A DNA stretch of 64,000 bases, taken from positions 56,174 through 120,173 of the forward strand of contig JAFYQD010000001.1 in the NCBI GenBank assembly GCA_017547245.1. The letters are read 5' to 3'. Below, in pieces: positions 57,885 through 64,000 of this stretch. The notes under the pieces are model-generated. The model saw only the letters and a program-made list of their open reading frames with translations, made no database searches and was not told where the DNA came from. The position numbers and the translations under genes are program-made. The stretch's first letter is position 1; the number at the start of each line of letters is the position of its first letter. This DNA comes from Oscillospiraceae bacterium. Lineage in GTDB: Bacteria; Bacillota; Clostridia; Oscillospirales; Ruminococcaceae.

Positions 57885-59129
57885 TTACTTTTCTTTGGAA
57901 TAAATATAATTGTGACCGGGCAAAGCCTGTATCAGCCCATATACTTCCAACTGGGTCAAAGCTGAAAGTATTTTATGCACCGGTTGTCCCAACTTCTGGG
58001 TAAGAAGATCAACCGACTGAGGCTCGGCCTCCATCAGTTCATACAAACTGCGCTGCAAATCGCTTAAAAACAGCGGTGCAGGCGGTTTTTCTTCTAACAC
58101 CACAAGGGGTTTATCGTCAGAAACTGCGCTTTGGACGGCTGTTTTGACCGTCTGCGGCCGGTTCTGCTCTTCCGGAACATCAGGCTGTGGCTGTGGTTTG
58201 GACGTGCGGGGCATATTAAGCTCCTGCATGGTTTTGGTATCTATTGTATCAGGGTAAACTGACAGATATTCCTCTAAAATGTCACGGGTACAGGTTACAG
58301 GAATAGCTCCCTGAGCAATAAGCCAATGAGGGCCTACCGAACCTACGTCAAACACGCTGCCGGGCACAGCAAACACATCACGGCCCTGGGCAAGTGCATG
58401 CCCCGCCGTAATAAGCGAACCGCTGCGCCGTCTTCCTTCCACCACAACAATCCCCTGGCTAAGGCCGGAGATGATGCGGTTTCGGATGGGGAAATTGGGG
58501 CCGTCCGGCTGGGTGCCGGGCGGAAATTCGCTGACCACCGCACCGTTGCCGGCAATCAAACCTTTCAGGGTTTCGTTCTGCGGCGGATAGGTGACATCAA
58601 CACCGCAGCCAAGAACAGCCACGGTTTTGCCGCCGCCTTTAAGTGCGCCTGTGTGGGCTACCGTATCGATGCCTGCTGCCATACCGCTGACAACAACGGC
58701 ACCACAGGCAACAAGTTCACGTGCAAGAAGGTCTGCAACCCGTCGGCCATATTCGCTGCTGCGGCGGGTGCCCACCATACCAATTGCCAAATGGCCGTTA
58801 AGACAGCCAAGATCGCCCAAAACGTACAGTACCAGGGGGCGTCCGTAGGTTTGACGCAGTGCGGCAGGATATTCTGCGCTGTTGGCTGCAATGGCACGGC
58901 AGCCTACCTTTGCACAGTTTTCTATGATGGTCTGGGCCTTCTCCAGACTGAATCCACGCAGGGATTCCACCTGTTTGCGGGTAAGCAGACCTTTCTGCTG
59001 CATATCATTCCAATCGGCATAATAAACATCCTGCGCTGAACCATCAAAGGCATTCAAAAGCTGTTCGGTGCGGGAAGAACCATACCCCAGCGCCTGCTGA
59101 AGCCAGATCCAATATACCAGATCATTCAC
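57885..59129 (-). CDS. dprA: DNA-processing protein DprA
   Basis: 414 aa. Rossmann core GMAAGIDTVAH, a P/Q-rich linker and a C-terminal winged-helix-like region. Confidence 0.9.
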   Translation of the reverse strand: MNDLVYWIWLQQALGYGSSRTEQLLNAFDGSAQDVYYADWNDMQQKGLLTRKQVESLRGFSLEKAQTIIENCAKVGCRAIAANSAEYPAALRQTYGRPLVLYVLGDLGCLNGHLAIGMVGTRRSSEYGRRVADLLARELVACGAVVVSGMAAGIDTVAHTGALKGGGKTVAVLGCGVDVTYPPQNETLKGLIAGNGAVVSEFPPGTQPDGPNFPIRNRIISGLSQGIVVVEGRRRSGSLITAGHALAQGRDVFAVPGSVFDVGSVGPHWLIAQGAIPVTCTRDILEEYLSVYPDTIDTKTMQELNMPRTSKPQPQPDVPEEQNRPQTVKTAVQSAVSDDKPLVVLEEKPPAPLFLSDLQRSLYELMEAEPQSVDLLTQKLGQPVHKILSALTQLEVYGLIQALPGHNYIYSKEK

Positions 59130-59150
59130 GGCTCTTCTCTCCCCTCTTTT

Positions 59151-59939
59151 TTATCTTTTCTTGGTCAGTTCCCACATAAAAATGGATGCAGCCACACCGG
59201 CATTCAAAGACTGACCGGGACGCGCCATGGGCAGAATGATGCATCGATCGCAGGCATCAATCATTTCCCGGGAAAGACCGTTGCCCTCGTTGCCGATGGC
59301 CACACAACCAACACCCTGCATATTTTGTTCCGAAATAGGCTGGGCATCATCGGTAAGTGCGGCGGCCGCCACCAAACAGCCGCCTTTGCGCAGCTGCTGC
59401 ATGGCCGCAGGCAGGTCGTTGGTCACCCACAGGGGGATGGAAAACACGCCACCCATGGTGGAACGAAGCACCTTTGGGCTGTAAACATCGGGACAATCGG
59501 ACGACAGGATAACACCGGTAAGCCCCAATGTGCAGGCTGTGCGGATAACCGTACCCACATTGCCGGGATCCTGCAGCGAAGACAGCATAATATAGCTGCC
59601 CTTGCCGTCAAAAACCGACATATCGGGTTGTGGCTTGCGGCAGATGCAAAATACACCCTGCGGTGTTTTGGTATCGCCAATTCTTCCGGCCAGCTGATCG
59701 GTTACCACAAAGGCACGCTCGGCCAGCGCAATAATACGCTCACACTCCTGGGGGTGGCGGGTCAATGCATTTTCGCTGACAAAGGCGGTTTCCACACCTG
59801 TGCCGGCTTCGGCCGCATCGATGGCTATACGAAGTCCTTCCACGACGAACAGACCTGTCTTCTCCCTTTCCTTTCGAGAAGAGAGCAGACAAGTCAGACG
59901 TTTGATTTCGGCATTTTCTTTGGATGAAAGCTTGATCAT
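59151..59939 (-). CDS. TrmH/SpoU-family RNA 2'-O-methyltransferase
   Basis: 262 aa. SpoU motifs LQDPGNVGTVIRTA, AIGNEGNGLS and SLNAGVAASI. Confidence 0.85.
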   Translation of the reverse strand: MIKLSSKENAEIKRLTCLLSSRKEREKTGLFVVEGLRIAIDAAEAGTGVETAFVSENALTRHPQECERIIALAERAFVVTDQLAGRIGDTKTPQGVFCICRKPQPDMSVFDGKGSYIMLSSLQDPGNVGTVIRTACTLGLTGVILSSDCPDVYSPKVLRSTMGGVFSIPLWVTNDLPAAMQQLRKGGCLVAAAALTDDAQPISEQNMQGVGCVAIGNEGNGLSREMIDACDRCIILPMARPGQSLNAGVAASIFMWELTKKR

Positions 59940-59987
59940 TGGTCGCTCCAGGCAAAAAACACTGTTGTTTCTGCCGTGGTAAATTTA

Positions 59988-60027
59988 TGAAAAGACGCCC
60001 GTGTCAAAACCCTTGACCCGGGCGTTT
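59988..60027 (-). terminator. Rho-independent terminator after rplT
   Basis: Minus-strand extended stem AACGCCCGGGTCAA / TTGACACGGGCGT, followed by CTTTTCAT. Confidence 0.6.
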
Positions 60028-60036
60028 TCAGCATAC

Positions 60037-60390
60037 TTAGAGAGCAGCCTTGGCCTTTTCAACCAGGGCAGCAAAAGCCTTAGCATCATTGATGGCCAGT
60101 TCAGACAGCATCTTGCGGTTCAGTTCGATGCCAGCCTTCTTCAGACCGTTCATGAAAGTAGAGTAGTTGATGCCATTGATACGGCAAGCAGCAGAGATGC
60201 GGGTGATCCACAGACGACGGAAGTCGCGCTTCTTCTGCTTTCTGCCAATGTATGCGTAGTTGCCGGACTTCATAACTGCTTCCTTAGCAGTTCTGAACAG
60301 CTTACGCTTGCCGCCAAAGTAGCCCTTGGCCAGCTTCAGTACCTTTTTTCTTCTCTTGCGAGTCATCATCGCGCCCTTAACACGAGCCAT
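60037..60390 (-). CDS. rplT: 50S ribosomal protein L20
   Basis: [26 protein letters not shown]. Confidence 0.95.
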   Translation of the reverse strand: MARVKGAMMTRKRRKKVLKLAKGYFGGKRKLFRTAKEAVMKSGNYAYIGRKQKKRDFRRLWITRISAACRINGINYSTFMNGLKKAGIELNRKMLSELAINDAKAFAALVEKAKAAL

Positions 60391-60438
60391 AATCTATTCT
60401 CCTCCGTTTTCAGGTAAATGTTCTTCCTGTTGTTGTTC

Positions 60439-60636
60439 TTACTTGTAGGGTACCAGCAGTTTTACGGTGGCTACATTGGTCTTATCGGCATAACCGGTCT
60501 GACGCAGGCCTCTCTTACGCTTGGTGCTCTTCTTGTTGAGGATGTGGGACTTAAAGGCGTGGGCTCTCTTCACCTTACCGCTCTTGGTCAGGTTGAAGCG
60601 CTTCTTGGCTCCCGAATGGGTTTTCAGCTTAGGCAT
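60439..60636 (-). CDS. rpmI: 50S ribosomal protein L35
   Basis: [24 protein letters not shown]. Confidence 0.95.
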   Translation of the reverse strand: MPKLKTHSGAKKRFNLTKSGKVKRAHAFKSHILNKKSTKRKRGLRQTGYADKTNVATVKLLVPYK

Positions 60637-60658
60637 TTTATATTCCTCCTAAATGAAT

Positions 60659-61177
60659 TTACTTTGTGGGTTTTACTACAAGGAACATCAGCATGCTGCG
60701 TCCTTCCAGTTTGGGCTGTTTTTCCACATTGCTTACGTCAGCCAGGGCTTCGGCAAAACGTTCCATAATGCCGGTACCCAGATGGGCATGGGCCATTTCA
60801 CGACCGCGGAAACGAATGGAGACCTTAACCTTGTCACCAGCCTTCAGGAACTTGCGGGCGTGGTTAACCTTGGTGTTAAAGTCGTTGGTGTCAATGTTCA
60901 AAGAAAGACGAATTTCCTTGATATCAACAACCTTCTGGTTTTTCTTGGCTTCCTTTTCGCGTTTGGCCTGCTCGAAACGGTACTTGCCGTAATCCATAAC
61001 CTTGCAGACCGGAGGGGTGGCCTGAGGAGCAATCTTAACCAGGTCAAGATTCTTTTCTGCAGCAATCTGCAGTGCTTCTTTGGCAGACATAATGCCCAGC
61101 TGTTCGCCGTCATCGCCTACCAGACGCACTTCTTTGTCACGAATCTCCTCATTGATAAGCAATTCTTTTACTGCGAT
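60659..61177 (-). CDS. infC: Translation initiation factor IF-3, probable non-AUG (ATC) start
   Basis: INEEIRDKEVRLVGDDGEQLGI... is typical IF-3. GGAGGTG at 61191..61185 lies 7 nt upstream of in-frame ATC 61177..61175 (I-A-V-K-E-L-L-I-N-E-E). The track start at TTG 61162 has no RBS. Confidence 0.9.
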   Translation of the reverse strand: MAVKELLINEEIRDKEVRLVGDDGEQLGIMSAKEALQIAAEKNLDLVKIAPQATPPVCKVMDYGKYRFEQAKREKEAKKNQKVVDIKEIRLSLNIDTNDFNTKVNHARKFLKAGDKVKVSIRFRGREMAHAHLGTGIMERFAEALADVSNVEKQPKLEGRSMLMFLVVKPTK

Positions 61178-61341
61178 GGTAAAACACCTCCATTACCCTT
61201 TTACAGACAAAAATAACAAGCGCAGACAGAAATCCGTCCGCGCTTGACAATACACATAATTACAGAGAGCTCCTCTGTTTTGAGTATTGACCCGCGCCGC
61301 CCTTGCGGTCAGGTGAGAACGGATGTGTTCTGCTTTGTTTT
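61178..61341 (-). promoter_or_regulatory. infC-rpmI-rplT leader with an intrinsic attenuator hairpin (probably an L20-responsive leader)
   Basis: About 165-nt 5' UTR between the promoter and infC. Minus-strand hairpin CAAGCGCGGAC...GTCTGCGCTTG (about 61247..61218) is followed by TTATTTTTG just before the RBS. Additional stems lie upstream. Confidence 0.5.
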
Positions 61342-61348
61342 CTGATAT

Positions 61349-61377
61349 ATATTAGCACCCCTAAACAGGAATGTCAA
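61349..61377 (-). promoter_or_regulatory. Strong sigma-A promoter for the infC operon
   Basis: Minus strand reads TTGACA (61377..61372), 17 nt, TGcTAATAT (-10 at 61354..61349). Confidence 0.6.
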
Positions 61378-61416
61378 TAGAAAAATAGCAATTTATCCAA
61401 AATTTTTGCAAAAATT

Positions 61417-64000
61417 TCAGCAAACTCGCAAAGCCTCTCCCAAGGCAAAGGAATAGATCCAACATTCCTTTACCGAGCAGCCCAAATATGCACTTACCAA
61501 ACGGGAATAAAGCTCCAACTGACCACAATAACGCTGCAAAAGTTGGTCTGCGCTTTTTACATGATCGGTTTTATAGTCAATAATGACCGCTCCGTCTTTT
61601 TCCAGCAGAACACAGTCGGCAACACCTTTCAGGACAACCGGCTCCTCCCCTTTTACCAAATCGGTATAGGAAGACAGTTCTTTTGCGGTAAGCTCGCCCA
61701 TAAAACGCAGTTCTCTCAAAACACGCTCTGCGCTGTCCATGCGCTTATACAGCTTTGAGGCAAAAAACAGTTCAATCGATTTGCGGTCTACCACATCTGC
61801 TTCCTGTGCCGAAAGGAACTTGCGGTCAACCAAACGCTGAAGCTCCTCTTCAAAGGATGTTGCTGCGGCAGAATAATCGGCGTACTCCATAAACTTATGG
61901 GTTGCACTACCCTTTTGGGCCGAGGTCATTCCCTGCTCATTCATAAACGCAGGACGCACCGTGCAGAAATATTCTTCCTCCTGCCGATGGGTCAGCTGAG
62001 AAACTGCAAACTTGGAAGGAGAAAGGCAATCCTGGGCAAAGGGATAGCAATAGGCGGCATTTGCCTCCAGTTGTTCCACCAGTTTGGGATCAGGGGAAGC
62101 GAACTGCAAAACATCAGCTTCCCGTTGTTGGGTCTGCTCGGTTTTCTCGGCCAATATTACCTTGAATAAGCCGGCCTTTCCCATAGCTTGAGGCATAATA
62201 AGTCCCGCTTTGCAGACCAGATCTTCGCCGTCGCAATGCCACAGCAATGCAGAGATAACCCAGTCGAGATAGCTGGAGGCATGGCGTACAGCCCATGGCG
62301 CAATTGCTCCATTGGTAATCGATACATTTCGCTGTCCAACCTTTTTAATGGGGTCTTCGGAAGCTGCCACCAAAACAAGTTTTTCTTTGGCACGGGTCAG
62401 CGCAACATACAAAACACGCAGTTCTTCCGAAAGCTGCTCACGTTCAGCCTCAATTCTGGTGGCCTCAAGGGGAACGGTTGTATACTGTATCAATTTTTGG
62501 TTGTCACGCCTCTTGCAGGCAAAGCCAAGGGTGGAATGAATCTGGGTATTCTTTCGAACATCCTGACGATTCATCTGTTTTTCCATATCGGCAAGAATTA
62601 CCACAGGATATTCCAGCCCCTTGGAGCTGTGGATGCTGCGGACTGTAACGGCACCGCCTGCCGCCGCTGACGCAGGGGCAAGGTCTCCTCCCTGCTGCTT
62701 CAAACGGTTGATAAAGGTCAAAAAGCCCGACAGACCACGAAATCCACGCTGTTCATAGCCGGCGGCATAGTCTACCAGCAATCGGAGATTGTCGCAGCGC
62801 AGTCTGCCTCCCGGCATAACCTGCACAACCCGTTCAAAACCTGTAATATCATACAGCCGCTGAATAACACGATCGGCGCTTTCCCAGGCTGCGTGTCTGC
62901 GAAGGTCATCCAACACCGCCAAAAAGCGGCTGCACCCGCTGTCTCCGGCTTCTGCAGCCTTCAGTACAGCATGATACATGGGCCCGTATTTGTCGAATGC
63001 TCTTATTCTTGCAACATCATCAGCCGACATGGCAAAAACCGGAGACATTATCGCCTGTGTCAGCGCCATATTAAGCAAAGGATTGTCTACTGCCTGCAGC
63101 AGTGCCAAAACCGAGGATATTTCTTCGCTGTCCAGAAATCCTTCTTCCACACTTGCCCAACCGGGAATGCGGTATTCTGCCAAAGCTTCTATATAGTCGG
63201 TCGATCTGCCCTTATGGGAGCGCAGCAAAATACAGATATCTTCGGGACGAATGGGATGCCTGTCTTCGGCACCAACCAGCATACCGCTTTGCAGCAGGCT
63301 GCGAATATAGGCCGCAACATACTTCGCTTCGGTTTTTTTGGGGTCTTCCTGTGTTTTGTCTGTTTTAAGCAGACGAATTTCAGTAATGAAGCTATTCTCG
63401 CTATCCTCGGGATAGGAGGCACTGCAGACAAGCTCTTCCTCTTCGTTGTATTCGATTTCGCCAACTTTTTTGCTCATCAGCATGCGGAAAAGATAGTTGA
63501 CGGTATCGGTTACAGCCGGTCGACTGCGGAAATTTTTGCCCAAGCGAATGCACGACGGATAATCGACCGCATTGTAGTCACAGCTTTTTTCTTTGCGGCC
63601 AATAAACAGCTCCGGCATAGCCTGACGGAAACGATAAATGCTCTGCTTTACGTCACCAACAAAGAAAAGGTTTTCTTCATTTCGGGAAAGGGTTGTAAAC
63701 AGCATTTCCTGCACGCTGTTGGTGTCCTGATACTCATCCACAAAAATTTCATCCAACTGCAGTGAAAGCTGCTGTGCAAGCTCAGTCTTTTCTATTTTGC
63801 CATCCGTACGGTTTACCAAAAGCTGCAGCGCCAGATGCTCCAGGTCAGAAAAATCCAGTATGCGACGTTCCCGCTTGGCTTTGCCGTACTCTATATCCAG
63901 GTCCATTACCGTATCAAACAGAACCGAAATGCGAGGCGCCAAAAAAGCAATGTCTTCTTTATATTGTGCAGCAGTACAGCAAAATCGCTTGTCACGAAGT
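61417..64000 (-). CDS. addA: ATP-dependent helicase/nuclease AddA (C-terminal about 860 aa; 5' end beyond the window)
   Basis: The ORF is open to the window edge. UvrD/PcrA-type helicase motifs (VDEYQDTN, VGDVKQSIYRFR, VRSIHSSKGLEYPVV, LYVALTRAK) and a C-terminal RecB-type nuclease (GVADCVLL...IIDYKTD). Confidence 0.9.
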   Translation of the reverse strand, partial: LRDKRFCCTAAQYKEDIAFLAPRISVLFDTVMDLDIEYGKAKRERRILDFSDLEHLALQLLVNRTDGKIEKTELAQQLSLQLDEIFVDEYQDTNSVQEMLFTTLSRNEENLFFVGDVKQSIYRFRQAMPELFIGRKEKSCDYNAVDYPSCIRLGKNFRSRPAVTDTVNYLFRMLMSKKVGEIEYNEEEELVCSASYPEDSENSFITEIRLLKTDKTQEDPKKTEAKYVAAYIRSLLQSGMLVGAEDRHPIRPEDICILLRSHKGRSTDYIEALAEYRIPGWASVEEGFLDSEEISSVLALLQAVDNPLLNMALTQAIMSPVFAMSADDVARIRAFDKYGPMYHAVLKAAEAGDSGCSRFLAVLDDLRRHAAWESADRVIQRLYDITGFERVVQVMPGGRLRCDNLRLLVDYAAGYEQRGFRGLSGFLTFINRLKQQGGDLAPASAAAGGAVTVRSIHSSKGLEYPVVILADMEKQMNRQDVRKNTQIHSTLGFACKRRDNQKLIQYTTVPLEATRIEAEREQLSEELRVLYVALTRAKEKLVLVAASEDPIKKVGQRNVSITNGAIAPWAVRHASSYLDWVISALLWHCDGEDLVCKAGLIMPQAMGKAGLFKVILAEKTEQTQQREADVLQFASPDPKLVEQLEANAAYCYPFAQDCLSPSKFAVSQLTHRQEEEYFCTVRPAFMNEQGMTSAQKGSATHKFMEYADYSAAATSFEEELQRLVDRKFLSAQEADVVDRKSIELFFASKLYKRMDSAERVLRELRFMGELTAKELSSYTDLVKGEEPVVLKGVADCVLLEKDGAVIIDYKTDHVKSADQLLQRYCGQLELYSRLVSAYLGCSVKECWIYSFALGEALRVC

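Overview
This 64-kb window is conserved core chromosome from an endospore-forming Bacillota. The gene order is Clostridia-like, and G+C is roughly 50% judged by eye. I call about 70 protein genes, and all but two are on the minus strand, tightly packed with many overlapping stop/start codons.

Gene content, in coordinate order:
- ispA (partial), xseB, xseA, a TsaD-like gene, nusB and asp23
- the complete spoIIIAA-AH operon
- ligA and yunB
- a plus-strand pair: an XRE-HTH/desulforedoxin-like regulator and a ZIP metal transporter
- a THUMP RNA methyltransferase and hpf
- the mazG-hup-yabO-yabP-yabQ-divIC-yabR block
- hemZ, an MBL hydrolase, dtd, relA and recJ
- a FAD protein
- cdaA-cdaR
- a cysteine desulfurase, a DUF3343-like gene and an IspF-like gene
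- a Gx-transporter gene followed by rnfCDGEAB
- efp, pepP, aroQ, yqeG and rpsU
- a long array running dprA-topA-trmFO-plsX-rnc-radical SAM-smc-ftsY-rdgB-yhbY-nadD-yqeK-rsfS-leuS
- a TrmH-family methyltransferase
- infC-rpmI-rplT with an upstream leader
- the 3' part of addA

I found no rRNA, tRNA, CRISPR array, transposase, integrase, phage or recognisable defence genes. I do not see a convincing novel multi-gene system. The most unusual items are:
- an IspF-fold protein with its zinc ligands substituted, apparently co-transcribed with a DUF3343-like gene and a cysteine desulfurase
- an XRE-HTH fused to a desulforedoxin-type Cys4 module and a degenerate superoxide-reductase domain, next to a ZIP transporter
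- an RnfG with two FMN-binding domains, in an rnf operon headed by a Gx-transporter gene
- very long codon-aligned antisense ORFs (up to 1122 codons), which I interpret as a codon-usage artefact

All calls rest on reading the translations and DNA by eye. No database search was run.
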